Assembly: GCF_000328665.1 (NCBI RefSeq)
Contig: NC_019977.1
Coordinates: 2,286,011 to 2,350,010, forward strand
Reading direction: 5' to 3'
DNA from: Methanomethylovorans hollandica DSM 15978
GTDB taxonomy: Archaea > Halobacteriota > Methanosarcinia > Methanosarcinales > Methanosarcinaceae
DNA: 64,000 nucleotides
How positions within the stretch are numbered: the stretch's first letter is position 1; the number at the start of each line of letters is the position of its first letter. The notes under the pieces were generated by a model. The model had not been told where the DNA came from. It saw only the letters and a program-made list of their open reading frames with translations, and searched no databases. This document shows positions 51,640-62,700 of the stretch, piece after piece. The position numbers were made by a program, and so were the translations under genes.

Positions 51640-52380
51640 TTATTCCATTACGTGATACTGGCTGTATTTTTTCAGATTACCTATCAACTGATCAATGTCC
51701 ATAGTAGTGGCTAAAAGGGGCAACCTATCTATTTCTGCCATCTTCTTTGCCATGGGGTCAACCTCATTGCCCCTTAGCCCGTGTATCACTACAGCACCGG
51801 GCTTGAGGTTAGTCACTCTTATGGCTACAAGGGGAGATTTTCCGGTGGTTACCTTTGTAAAGATCATGGCTCTCTCGGTACTCCATCCATAAAGTTTCTG
51901 GAACTCATGGGAAGAAAGTTCGAGAATAGCTTTCTTGCTATCGACTACAGTGAAACCGTATAGAGGTTTTTCTATACCCCTGTTGACAAAATCAGCTTCT
52001 ATAAGGCTTGCAAGCTTTGCAAGCTGCATGGGGAACGTGTATTCATAAGTTGCGTAGACAGCTCTTGATGTGTTGTCTGAGAAAAGCATGCTTTCATAAG
52101 AATGTATCTTCTGTCCGCCATTCTGTGAGTCTATTTCCAGAAGCGCCTCTACAATCCTACTTACTATGAGGGTACCTGGAGATTTCCTCCTTCCACTTTC
52201 GTAGTCGCTTATAACGGAGGGGGACACTCCCAGATAGCCCGATAGGTCTGTTTGGGGTATCTCAAAGTTAAGCCTCCATTTTTTCAGAGTTTCTCCGGGT
52301 TTCTCTGAAAGTGTTATTTCGCCTGCCATCTTTTCGGCAAGACGCTGGCGTATATTCTCACGAGAAGCATTGTCAGCCAT
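51640..52380 (-). CDS. Conserved archaeal XRE-HTH regulator
   Basis: LGVSPSVISDYESGRRKSPG; upstream of the mevalonate-entry genes. Confidence 0.85.
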   Translation of the reverse strand: MADNASRENIRQRLAEKMAGEITLSEKPGETLKKWRLNFEIPQTDLSGYLGVSPSVISDYESGRRKSPGTLIVSRIVEALLEIDSQNGGQKIHSYESMLFSDNTSRAVYATYEYTFPMQLAKLASLIEADFVNRGIEKPLYGFTVVDSKKAILELSSHEFQKLYGWSTERAMIFTKVTTGKSPLVAIRVTNLKPGAVVIHGLRGNEVDPMAKKMAEIDRLPLLATTMDIDQLIGNLKKYSQYHVME

Positions 52381-52510
52381 TTCATATTCTAAATGAGACT
52401 TAATTATATATATCTAACGAATGCCCAATCGTTGATTGACGAATAAACTTTATAAGGCAGTAATAACATATTTAGGTATTTATATTAAAACGGCTTTATA
52501 TTATAAATGT

Positions 52511-53329
52511 ATGTCTCTAAAAAATGTTGAACAAAATATGAATGTTTCTGACATAACATTGTATCTCAAATGCCCAAGAAAAGTGTACTATTCAAAGCGT
52601 TCTCAAAAAAAACGGTCTAATGATAATGTTTCTTATGTTGAGCATCTTCTTCTTAAAGAATTTGGGTTAAGGTACCCGCAGTTGCTGGAGCATTTTTCGT
52701 CAAAAGCCGATGATATGAAAGATATAATTCAAAGTGAATTCAATGAGATATGTGTTGAATTAAGCATTATATATGCCTCTGAACTTGAGGGTGTTTCAGA
52801 GTCCACAATTATGGATGCCATTAATAATATTCAAGTTTGCATTGAAGATGTATCCTGCAATATTAAGGGAATGCTGGCCGATACACATAATATGTTACTT
52901 GTAAAAGCACTGTGCGGTATGGAACTGGAACCTGTGTTGTATGGATCTAAAATGAAAGTTTCCGGTATACCTGCAGGCATGATCAATCTCGATGGTTCGC
53001 ATGTTCCGGTGATCATTAAGACAGGCAAGTGCCCTGAATATGGGATATGGGCAGATGACAGGCTTCATATGGCTGCATTTTCGATGCTTGCGCAGGAAGT
53101 TCATAACAAGCCCATAGATGATGGCATAGTTATATATTCCAGATCAGGCTGCATAAGGCCTTCAAAGATCAGGGCAAATGACAAAAGGCAGGTACTTGGA
53201 ATATGCAGCCACATCAGGAAGATCAAAGAAGGCTTTCTGCCTGAAAGAAAGCAGACACCTTTATGCGAAGATTGTGAATTCCTTGAAAGCTGCGAGATAA
53301 AGTATTCTCTTGCATCTAAATTCTTCTGA
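52511..53329 (+). CDS. Solo Dna2/Cas4-like Fe-S protein with a degenerate nuclease site
   Basis: YLKCPRKVY and C-terminal CEDCEFLESC. The PD-(D/E)xK positions read GIPAG / VIIKT. The start may be at 52538. Confidence 0.75.
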   Translation: MSLKNVEQNMNVSDITLYLKCPRKVYYSKRSQKKRSNDNVSYVEHLLLKEFGLRYPQLLEHFSSKADDMKDIIQSEFNEICVELSIIYASELEGVSESTIMDAINNIQVCIEDVSCNIKGMLADTHNMLLVKALCGMELEPVLYGSKMKVSGIPAGMINLDGSHVPVIIKTGKCPEYGIWADDRLHMAAFSMLAQEVHNKPIDDGIVIYSRSGCIRPSKIRANDKRQVLGICSHIRKIKEGFLPERKQTPLCEDCEFLESCEIKYSLASKFF

Positions 53330-53431
53330 TCTTTCACCAGAAGTTTTCTTTTTTTAAGTTATATGTCCTATTATCTCTAATCTGCACTATCCATAGCCTT
53401 TTAAATAGAGATTGCGTTTTTTGATTAGGAC

Positions 53432-54718
53432 ATGAAATTCATTGACAAGCTTTTCGGCAAGAAAAAAAATGAAGATATTTCTTTCAAGATAAAAATAAAT
53501 GACCTCCTCCAGTTCATCTCAGATGAATCTGAAAAAGAGTTCAATGAAATTAAGCCTTTTATCCGCAGAAAATATGGAGAGATCAATCTCACTCTCCATG
53601 AGATACCTGAGGTCATAGAAAGCCTCCTTTCTGCCGAGGTTATTCAAAATACTAATAAGAGAGTGGAAAAGGTAGGAGATGCTAACAGGGACAATATTGC
53701 CAATAACCTGCAATTGGTCATTGAGAAAGTGGCCACTCCTAATGAGATTTCTCCACTGAGTTCCTTCCAGTTCTGCATTAATGCTAAATCCATACTAAAA
53801 ACTGTGCGGGATAACACACACAGAAGCCAGCTTTATATCAAAGCTATATATCCGGAGGAATCACAAAAGATCATAGCTGCATTATCAAGTCTTGAGGACC
53901 TGATAGATGAGTTATTCCGGGTTATTCAAGATAAGAAAGAGAGAATTGATTCTTTAGACAAGTTCTCCGGGGAGATCGGAAACTATGACCTAATGCAGAA
54001 GAAGATAGTGGAAACCCAAAGTAGTATAAGAGATCTTGAATCCAGAATCAATTCAATGCAAAACGAGATTCTGGATGCTAAAAACGGGCTCATTGAACTT
54101 GAACAGAGCCCGGATTTTGAAAGGGCAAAACAACTTGAAAGCGAGGTTGCCTTCCTGAAAGAAAAGATCTCAGATATTGATCACAATATCCAGAGATTAT
54201 TCTCTCCTTTGTCTAAAGTATTCTCCAGAATGGAAAAGCAGGATAAGAGCGAGATATGTGTGCTATCTCCTGAGCACAGGCAAATTCTTGAAAAGATCAC
54301 TCATGATCCGGCTTCTGCTCTTGAGCATGATCTCGATTCCTTTTTTGCCGGAGTCAGACCCAGGATAGAGGCCGGAAGTCTTGGTCTTAAGGGCCAGATG
54401 TGCGAGAAAGTCATGCAGCAGCTTGACAAGCTGCATAGTTCCAAAGACTTGTCGTCTTTAAGGGAAAAGAGAAATGAATATTCAATGCAGCTTGAAAGCG
54501 TCACAAATGAGCTGAACAGCCTGAGCGTTTACAGAGACAAAGAACAACTTGTGCAGCAGATCTCCCGCGATGAGCACATGCTAAAAACCACAGAGGATGA
54601 CCTCAATACGGAAAAGAAGCATTTTGAGACTTTCACAGAAGAATCGGAACTTATGGAATCAGGCCTGAGCATGGAGATCAAGGGGCTTTTTGAGAAGGAT
54701 ATTGAGATAGAGTATTGA
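53432..54718 (+). CDS. Hypothetical long coiled-coil protein
   Basis: 428-aa ORF rich in Glu/Leu/Lys heptads; AGGA RBS. Confidence 0.75.
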   Translation: MKFIDKLFGKKKNEDISFKIKINDLLQFISDESEKEFNEIKPFIRRKYGEINLTLHEIPEVIESLLSAEVIQNTNKRVEKVGDANRDNIANNLQLVIEKVATPNEISPLSSFQFCINAKSILKTVRDNTHRSQLYIKAIYPEESQKIIAALSSLEDLIDELFRVIQDKKERIDSLDKFSGEIGNYDLMQKKIVETQSSIRDLESRINSMQNEILDAKNGLIELEQSPDFERAKQLESEVAFLKEKISDIDHNIQRLFSPLSKVFSRMEKQDKSEICVLSPEHRQILEKITHDPASALEHDLDSFFAGVRPRIEAGSLGLKGQMCEKVMQQLDKLHSSKDLSSLREKRNEYSMQLESVTNELNSLSVYRDKEQLVQQISRDEHMLKTTEDDLNTEKKHFETFTEESELMESGLSMEIKGLFEKDIEIEY

Positions 54719-54885
54719 TGTGTGGGAAGCTAGTTTTTTAGCATGGTTACAGAAAGCCGATAGATCACACATTCAGTCAGCAGAATAAATGCAGCGTCAT
54801 ATTTATTGTGATATAAAAAACAGAGGGTTAATCAGGATCCTCTGAACTTTTTGTCAAAACAAATTCACATAATAGTTTTATGAAT

Positions 54886-56652
54886 TCACTCCAGAACATT
54901 ATAATAATATTCCCCTTTGGATCTTTGTTCGCGGTCAAGACGGGAGTCAGGTTTGTTCACCCTGGGCCTGCGCGTATCCTCATCACGGCGGAACGTGATA
55001 TTCAGATTAGAAAGGAATTTGTTCATGCCATCATGCATACTTAAAGGTGCGTGGGCCTTACCATATACAGCCGGTTCACCCTCGAAAACTATTAGCCTTT
55101 CACTCAGCATATCGATCATATATATATCATGGTCCACCACCATGGCAGTTTTACCGTTGTTCTCAGCAAAACGCTTTATCACTTTCGTGACCATTGACCG
55201 CTGTTCCACATCAAGGTGGGCGCTTGGTTCGTCCAGAAGATACATATCCGCATCGCGGCACAGACATGCAGTTATGGCCACCCTCTGCAATTCACCACCG
55301 CTAAGTTCCGGAATAGACCGCTCATACAGCTTCTCAAGACCTAAAGGTTTTACTACTTCTGTCTGGAAGTAGCTGCTGTCGAACTTCCGAGATATACCCC
55401 GCAGGAAGAATTGGACCTGCATGTGAATATCAGCCTTGATGTACTGGGGTTTGTAAGAAATACTGATATTCATATCAAGCTTGCCTTCATCGGGTTCTAC
55501 TTCCCCTGCAAGCACTTTCATGAAAGTGGATTTACCTATACCATTTGGTCCTACTATACCCAGCACTTCACCCTGTTTAATAGATCCGGAATCTGTTTCC
55601 AGAGCGAATCCTTCCTTGTATTTTTTGGAAAAACTACTATAATCCACCAGGGTATCGATCTCAGTTTCATTCCTCGGAGGATGTACCTCGAAGGATATAG
55701 CTTCGGGACGGACACGCACATTCTCCTCGGGCAGATAACCTTTGAGATATTGGTTAATGGCTATGCGCACCCCTTTGGGAAGCGTCATGACACCATAACC
55801 ACCGGGTTCACCATACGCCACATGTACAATATCGGCCAACATGTCCAGAATGGCAAGATCATGTTCCACTACAAGCACAGCTTTTTCCTGAGCAATCTCC
55901 TGTATTAACTTGGCACAGTTGATACGCTGGTATATGTCCAGATAGGGGCTTATCTCATCGAAAAAATAGAAATCTGCATCTTTTGCAGCGCATGCAGCAA
56001 TAGCTACCCTCTGGAGCTCGCCACCACTGAGTTCCGTGATATTGCGGTCAACGATGTGAGAAAGGTCCAGGCGCTCCACCAGCTCATCCATTATTCCCCT
56101 ATCATCAGTCCTGGCAAGCAGGGCCGATGTCTTATCTTTGAAAGCTTTCGGAATAAGATCAATATACTGAGGTTTCTGGGAAACCTTAAGACTGTCATTA
56201 GCTACAGCTTTGAAGTAATCATAAAGTGCAGTACCTGCATAGTGTTCCAGTACCCTGTCCCATGTACCCCCCTCCTCTCCAAAGTTGGGCACCAGCCTTC
56301 CTGAGAGGATCTGTACTGCAGTACTTTTACCAATACCGTTCGGACCAAGAATACCAGTAACTCTGCCTTTTTGGGGAACTGGTAAACCGTAAAGCGCAAA
56401 GCCATTCGGACCATAACGGTGTGTTGGGAATTTAAGGGCTTCAGGAAGACCAATGATCATAATAGCATCAAAAGGACACCTGTTTATACAGATACCACAG
56501 CCAACACACAACTCTTCCGATATGAACGGCTTGCCGTCTTCTGCAAAGATAATAGTCTCGTCACCTGTTCTCACTCTCGGGCAGTACTTCTCGCATTCAT
56601 GACTGCACCTTCGAGGCTGGCATCTGTCCTTGTTAAGTATGGCTATTCGCAT
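54886..56652 (-). CDS. Ribosome recycling ATPase ABCE1/Rli1
   Basis: N-terminal Fe-S cysteines and two NBDs (GPNGIGKS, LSGGELQR). Confidence 0.96.
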   Translation of the reverse strand: MRIAILNKDRCQPRRCSHECEKYCPRVRTGDETIIFAEDGKPFISEELCVGCGICINRCPFDAIMIIGLPEALKFPTHRYGPNGFALYGLPVPQKGRVTGILGPNGIGKSTAVQILSGRLVPNFGEEGGTWDRVLEHYAGTALYDYFKAVANDSLKVSQKPQYIDLIPKAFKDKTSALLARTDDRGIMDELVERLDLSHIVDRNITELSGGELQRVAIAACAAKDADFYFFDEISPYLDIYQRINCAKLIQEIAQEKAVLVVEHDLAILDMLADIVHVAYGEPGGYGVMTLPKGVRIAINQYLKGYLPEENVRVRPEAISFEVHPPRNETEIDTLVDYSSFSKKYKEGFALETDSGSIKQGEVLGIVGPNGIGKSTFMKVLAGEVEPDEGKLDMNISISYKPQYIKADIHMQVQFFLRGISRKFDSSYFQTEVVKPLGLEKLYERSIPELSGGELQRVAITACLCRDADMYLLDEPSAHLDVEQRSMVTKVIKRFAENNGKTAMVVDHDIYMIDMLSERLIVFEGEPAVYGKAHAPLSMHDGMNKFLSNLNITFRRDEDTRRPRVNKPDSRLDREQRSKGEYYYNVLE

Positions 56653-56693
56653 TTTTATCACTGGTTAGGAAAAGATAAAGATAGGAAAGTGTA

Positions 56694-57098
56694 TCAGTTC
56701 AGGAGAAGTGTCCACGTGACCAGGCAGAAGTCCACCACAAGGAACTCCACATAGAACCAGTCCTTAAAACCAAACTCTTTGATATTGATCTTTATAGCTG
56801 GATAGATGAGCCTCTGGGCATAATATGCCAAAATGGCAACGATAGTGACCACAGCATACCATTTAGTTTCAGTGCCCATACCATATTGCATATTTGCCAA
56901 GATACCGGCAATTATGCCTAGAATAGAGGCAACTGCTGTCTTGATGATACCCTGGACATGTGCTTTTCTTTTTTCCTCGGGAGTCCTTGGCTTCACCGCA
57001 AGGATTACTTTTCCAGTATTCTCCTGCTGCACCTCGGATGCATCCTGGGAACTTGGTTTTGTGTTTTTAGCGGATGACTGCCTGGCTGGTTTTTTCAA
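56694..57098 (-). CDS. EMC6-like small membrane protein
   Basis: Three TM helices and KDWFY..WTLLLN; adjacent to ABCE1. Confidence 0.7.
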   Translation of the reverse strand: MKKPARQSSAKNTKPSSQDASEVQQENTGKVILAVKPRTPEEKRKAHVQGIIKTAVASILGIIAGILANMQYGMGTETKWYAVVTIVAILAYYAQRLIYPAIKINIKEFGFKDWFYVEFLVVDFCLVTWTLLLN

Positions 57099-57189
57099 TG
57101 GCTATATCTCCTGAAAAGATCAATGGGATGAATACTATAGAAGGATAGTACGTATATAAAGCTTTATATGCGCCAACTAACGAACTCAA

Positions 57190-58215
57190 CTAAATAAAGT
57201 CGTTGCTCAGAACATTACGTATCTTGTCAATGGAAATGGCATCAAGACCCAGACAATTAAGATGAGCCGCAAACTTGCCTGGCCTGTGCCCACCTGGGTG
57301 ATAGACCACTGTAAACTGCGGGTCGATCCGGCGAACCATGTCCGTAAGTCCTCTCACATCCAGATGATCACTGATCTGAATAGAAGGGTACCTGAAATCA
57401 GACCTGCCGCTCAGGACATATTTTAATGTATGCCACGGCAACCTGCCCAGGTCCCATGGAGGAACAACACATAAAGTATTACCTCCGGCCTCCCCTAAAC
57501 CCACAACATCACCGGGATTATCCAGCATGCAACGAGTCAGTTCCAGAGACTGGGCTTCCATCTCGATCGCATCACCATAACCAAGCAATCGAACCAATTC
57601 AACTACCCTCTGGGCTTTCCCGAATGCATAGGCACCAAGAGCTGCACAGGAGTTATCCTTCACCAATTGCCGCAGGCTCTCTATATCATCTTCAAAATAG
57701 CAAGAAGTGTCCCCCGGATCTCCATAGTTGGCCTCGGTTATCAGCACATCGCATTTGGGAAGCATGGAATAATCCTTCACATCCCCCGTTACAAGGATGC
57801 GTGTACCAACCTCATTTTCCCAGTAGAATGCCGTTGAACCGGGGGTGTGGCCTGTGGGAAAAGTCCTTACCGTGACGCCGGAAAACTCAAAGGCATCACA
57901 TACCCCCATGCTCATCCCCTTGTACTCTTTACCGTAACGTATCTCAAGAGCTTGCGCGGTCTTGGAAGAACATAGAGCACGCTCAGAGAGCATTGCAGAT
58001 TTCCCATTGTGATCGGAATGGGCATGAGTGATAAGATATGCATCTGGCTGAATACATTTGTTGGGGGTGCGGGTGGTGTCAATAGAAAAAATTACAGGTC
58101 TGCCTTCATCCGACATGAACCTGAGAGAAAGATGGGGTTTGAAACCCCCGCGTGAGTTTGTCTGACGAAAAGCCAATACACCCATGTCAATAAGCTGCTG
58201 TGGCATACAAATCAT
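57190..58215 (-). CDS. MBL-fold (beta-CASP-like) metallo-hydrolase
   Basis: Motifs THAHSDH, GHTPGS, TGD, EANYG and SDH. Ends in TAG. Confidence 0.85.
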   Translation of the reverse strand: MICMPQQLIDMGVLAFRQTNSRGGFKPHLSLRFMSDEGRPVIFSIDTTRTPNKCIQPDAYLITHAHSDHNGKSAMLSERALCSSKTAQALEIRYGKEYKGMSMGVCDAFEFSGVTVRTFPTGHTPGSTAFYWENEVGTRILVTGDVKDYSMLPKCDVLITEANYGDPGDTSCYFEDDIESLRQLVKDNSCAALGAYAFGKAQRVVELVRLLGYGDAIEMEAQSLELTRCMLDNPGDVVGLGEAGGNTLCVVPPWDLGRLPWHTLKYVLSGRSDFRYPSIQISDHLDVRGLTDMVRRIDPQFTVVYHPGGHRPGKFAAHLNCLGLDAISIDKIRNVLSNDFI

Positions 58216-58257
58216 GAATTTACTGGCTTGAAATCGATAATTACGGAATGTGGAGCG

Positions 58258-58536
58258 TCAGACGGTTCGCAGAGCTTTTTGCAATTCAGAGCTTAAAACA
58301 TCTGCAGATGTCACACCTGTGAAACGCTTCAGCACCTGATCATCTTTTTCGATCACAAGAGTAGGAACTGCCTGTATTGAATATTTCTTTGCCAGATCTC
58401 TGTTCTGGTCTACATCTATTATCTTGAACTCTACCTGGTCCTTGAACTTTTTCTCAACTTCATCAAGAATAGGTTTTTGCATTTTGCAGGGTCCGCACCA
58501 TGTAGCACTAAAATCCATTAATATTGGTTTGCTCAC
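58258..58536 (-). CDS. trxA: Thioredoxin
   Basis: WCGPC and VPT; GTG start after a GGTGA RBS. Confidence 0.93.
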   Translation of the reverse strand: MSKPILMDFSATWCGPCKMQKPILDEVEKKFKDQVEFKIIDVDQNRDLAKKYSIQAVPTLVIEKDDQVLKRFTGVTSADVLSSELQKALRTV

Positions 58537-58737
58537 TTAATCACCTTCTGATATACAGCAAATCATAAGCTTTTTTGATCATACTCAGTGGACAAAAACT
58601 GCCCGTCTGAGAGGAGTCCACTGGCCGATATAAGAGCAGCCTTCAACGGTATTGTAAAACCCCTGCAAAACCATTGTTTGCTTTCCATAAATACCTTTCG
58701 CAGCTTAGTTCTGCCGTTGTATTAAGAAGGCAAAACA

Positions 58738-59526
58738 TCATGCCCGATATACCCTTGCCGTCAGATCAAGAGGAGGAGCATAATATGGTGCGGATATCAC
58801 AATAATATCTACCAGAGAGGCATAATCAGCAATGTTCTGAACTGAAATACCACCCACAGCGATCATGACGCCAGGGTTCCTCTCTTTGATAACAGGAACT
58901 ATCCTTTGAATGTCTGCAGGAGATAAATGGTCCAGTAGCAGCATATCTGCGGTTTTCGCATACTTTAATGCTTCTTCCTCATCCCTGGGCTCGATCTCTA
59001 TCCTGCGCACAGCTTGCATTTCAGTAAGGTCCCCGACCACACCCAGATGGTTCTGGGTGATCAGGATAGAATCACTTAAGGAATTGCGGTGATGATCCCC
59101 ACCCCCTGCCCGGACTGCCTGAAGTTCAAACCGGCGCATACCCGGATGAGTCTTTCTGCTGGTTGCGATGATCACGTTCTTATTGACCTTCCGGGCAGTT
59201 TCCACGTACAGACGCGTAGTGGCAGCAATGGCGCAGACCATGGAAAGGAAGGTCTGTGAAATACGCCACAGCTTGAAAAGCTGGCGCAGATCACCTTTTG
59301 CTTCAAAGACCACGTCATGCGGATTGAACTCCCCGCCTTCGCGCACATAGGCAGTAACCTCAAGACCTTTTTTCCGATAGAAAGCTGCAAGCTCTTCCAT
59401 ACAAGCCGCTACGCCGTGTTCCCGTGACATGATACGCAATCTGCCGTTGCCTTCTATGCCAAGAAGATCGGTCGTTTCGTCGCCATATGGACAATCTTCA
59501 TCCAGATAAAGGTCGAACAGGTCCAT
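58738..59526 (-). CDS. ModD/NadC (quinolinate phosphoribosyltransferase)-like protein
   Basis: EDCPYGDETT, ATSRKTHPG, HHRNSLSDSILI and LLDH. Confidence 0.8.
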   Translation of the reverse strand: MDLFDLYLDEDCPYGDETTDLLGIEGNGRLRIMSREHGVAACMEELAAFYRKKGLEVTAYVREGGEFNPHDVVFEAKGDLRQLFKLWRISQTFLSMVCAIAATTRLYVETARKVNKNVIIATSRKTHPGMRRFELQAVRAGGGDHHRNSLSDSILITQNHLGVVGDLTEMQAVRRIEIEPRDEEEALKYAKTADMLLLDHLSPADIQRIVPVIKERNPGVMIAVGGISVQNIADYASLVDIIVISAPYYAPPLDLTARVYRA

Positions 59527-59727
59527 AAAGTAATTTCCTATTGTCTTATATTGATAACGTTTTTATACTTATATTGAAGGATGATTGCATCCGTGGGATA
59601 TTAAAATAACCCTTAAGATGCAGAACAATCTGGAAATCTGAGCTGGATCATATCAGTAACAAAAACAAAGTGACAGGAATGGTCATGTAATACCTGTCAA
59701 TCAAATGACCAGTAGTATATAACTTAC

Positions 59728-59756
59728 TTGTCAAGCCTTGACAACCAATATATAAA
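59728..59756 (-). promoter_or_regulatory. TATA box followed by a perfect palindromic operator
   Basis: Minus-strand TTTATATA (59756-49), then TTGTCAAG-N-CTTGACAA (59728-44). Confidence 0.5.
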
Positions 59757-59797
59757 CACAAAAACTAAGCAGCCTTCCGACAACGCTACAGCCTTAT

Positions 59798-62700
59798 TTA
59801 ACCAGACTTCCCCTCCACAATAGCGATCTCTTCATCTGTCAGTCCGCATAGCTCATACACAAGCCTGTCGATCTCAGCATCCTTTGCATTGATACGGCGC
59901 TGTATCATCTCTTTTTCACTGCCAAGCTTTGCGATGTCGAGATTTTTATGCAGCTCAAGCATCTGTTCGACAAGAGATACCATCTTGTCATGTCTGACTA
60001 CATCTTCGGGATCTGAGGGGTCTATGGTGCGGATCGGTATTTTAGACACATACATTGGTTTGTATTCAAAGTATCCTCCCTGCTTTGTGGAAGAGATGTT
60101 GAATATAACGAAATCTGCAACCTTAGAATTCAAAACTCCTATGAGGTACAAATCATTTGTTGGAATAATCGAAGTTTTATCATTAGAATAGCAGCCTGTT
60201 TCGTCAAAACAATAATTTGCAGATTGAACGATGGCAGGGATTATTATCTTGGGTTTTTCAAATTCCTGAAAATAGTCTATGGAATCCTGAATTTCATACC
60301 ATTGGTATGGACCCGGTTTTCTTCCGGTCCATTCTCCTTTCCAATCTTTGGGTTTTGGCATCAATTCTTGTTTGAACTGCTGAAGATAAGACAGTATAAC
60401 AGGATATTTCTTAATATCAATACCCCGCCTTGTAAATATAAAATAATTTTTTGTTATTGGTTGTTTGTATCTCTTAATCTCCCGACCTGCCAAAAATGGC
60501 TTTATCACTTCAGCACTCTTTGAATCTTCAGCAATCAATCTGTCCTTTGTAGCTTCATCAATAACGAATGCTTTGTTCAGACCGGTCAAAACCCCACGAT
60601 AGATTTTTCCTTCAACATATTCTCCAAGAGGCTTCCCGGATTGCATGAGCTTGTCAAGCAGGGCTTGGTTCTTTTCGTCTACAAGTGACCAGCCATCATC
60701 ACTTAGAGAGTTACTGTAAATCAAATGTCCACTTTCTTTTACATATTCTGAGAGATCAGAAAAATCTAACGTGTCTACAGGTATGGCCTTAAAAGAGTCA
60801 TTAGGTTCGCCTCTTGCAACTCTCAGGATACATGGGTATGTCGTTGCCTGCTTGAAGACAGGCAGATCACCGAAATCAATGATCTCTTCTATCTTTTTAC
60901 TTTTCAGCCAGCTGCGCAGAGGCTTGCCATAGTTGGCACGCATCCATTTATTGGCAACAATGTATGAGAACTGGCCATCACTGTTTAGAAGAGATATCCC
61001 CTTCTCTATAAAATAAGCATACAGGTCAGCGAGTCCGTGATATACTTCATAATGGCCATTGAAGTATTCTTTTTGACCTTTCAGTAGTTCCTGCCGGACA
61101 TAAGGCGGATTCCCGATAACTGCATCAAAGCCACCCTGTTCAAAGACATAAGGGAATTCCTGATCCCAGTCGAATGCATTGATCCTGTAGAACTCATCAT
61201 CGTTTTCGAAGTTCATCTGCACTGAAGCATAGATGCCAGAGCCGATAAGCGAATTACCGCACTTTATGTTCTCATGCAGGGACGGAAGCACCCGCTCCTG
61301 GGTGATGGTAAGCTGTTTTGAGATACGCTCGCCCTTTTCACCTTCCAGCACCTTGAGAAGAAGGGAAAGTTTCGTGACCTCCACTGCCTGCTGGTCAATG
61401 TCCACTCCATAAATGTTATTGAGAAGGATACGTTTCTTCTCATCCGAAGTGAGCCGCCAGTTATCTTCGCTCATCTGATAGATCGGGAACTCATAATCAC
61501 TTCCCACAGACCGTGCCTTCTTTTTTCCCCTCTTACTAGACACTGATTTTGCAGGCAGAAACTTTTGCACCTCTTTGTCAGTGGCAGCTTTACCCTCTTT
61601 CATCAATGGCACAAGATGGGTTATGTACCAATCAATATGCCAGTTGAGCAGGTAATGATAGGTACCGATCAGAAAGGAACCGGAACCACATGCAGGATCA
61701 ACGATCTTCAAGTCTGACACTTCTGAGGGAGTCTTGTTCTCAACAAGCTTTCCAATAGTGTTCTTAACAATATATTCCACGATATAGGTAGGAGTATAGT
61801 ACACACCACCGGCTTTCTTGACCTCAGGCTTCTCTTCTATCTTCGCCTGATGAGAAGCTGTGAGCCTGATCACTTTTCCCAGGAATTGCTCATATACCTG
61901 TCCCAGAATGTCAGCGGGGATCACAGAGAACTCATACGGAGATTCAGGATAATACAACCTGCCAATAATATGCTTCAATGTCTTATCATCGATCTCAAGA
62001 GAAGTCGTCAGGATATCCGGCTTTTCCATGCCATCCTCGCTTCTGAAATGGAAAAGTCCTGAATTGTATTTATCATCGGCATGCAGGAAAAGCTCGATCA
62101 TATCTTTGTAAACATCCTTACCTTCAGCTTTTGCTTTAAGCTGACCGTATTCCTCAATACCCCTGTCCTCACAGATACGCAAGAACACGATCCTGTCAAT
62201 GATCTTCTGCACTGCAAGGTTCAATTCCCGCACTGAAAGACTGGCATTTCTAAGAGCGAGGTTCTTAGCAAGTTCCTCCCTCCACCCTTCGATCTCCGCC
62301 AGGAAGGCATCATCTATGCCTGTGGTGCCCTTTCCGCCTTTCTTCTGCACCAGGCTATCGGCAAGATCATCAAATTTGCCTGTAAAGACAGCCTTTTTTG
62401 AATATTTCGATGCTATCTCATCCCATTTTGGGATATAATCCTTATACGTGTAGTATTCAATGCGCCCAAGAGAAGAACTGTCATTGTGTGATGGTTTTCG
62501 TGTACAGTCAAAGACAATGAACTCCTCAAAGTCCGTAAGGATGCTTACAGGCAACTTTGCACTCCATGCGTAACGGCGAAGCTGATATGTGGGCTCCGGG
62601 TTCTCTTTAAGATTTACCGCCGGTTTCTTTGCTTCGACAAAGAACTTCCTTACCCCACCGATCCTGAAAGAATAATCCGGTGCTTTGGTCTTGCCACCCA

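Noticed and set aside
52436..53329. CRISPR-Cas locus suggested by the Cas4-like gene
   Set aside because: No repeat-spacer array, cas1, cas2 or effector genes were seen in the window.
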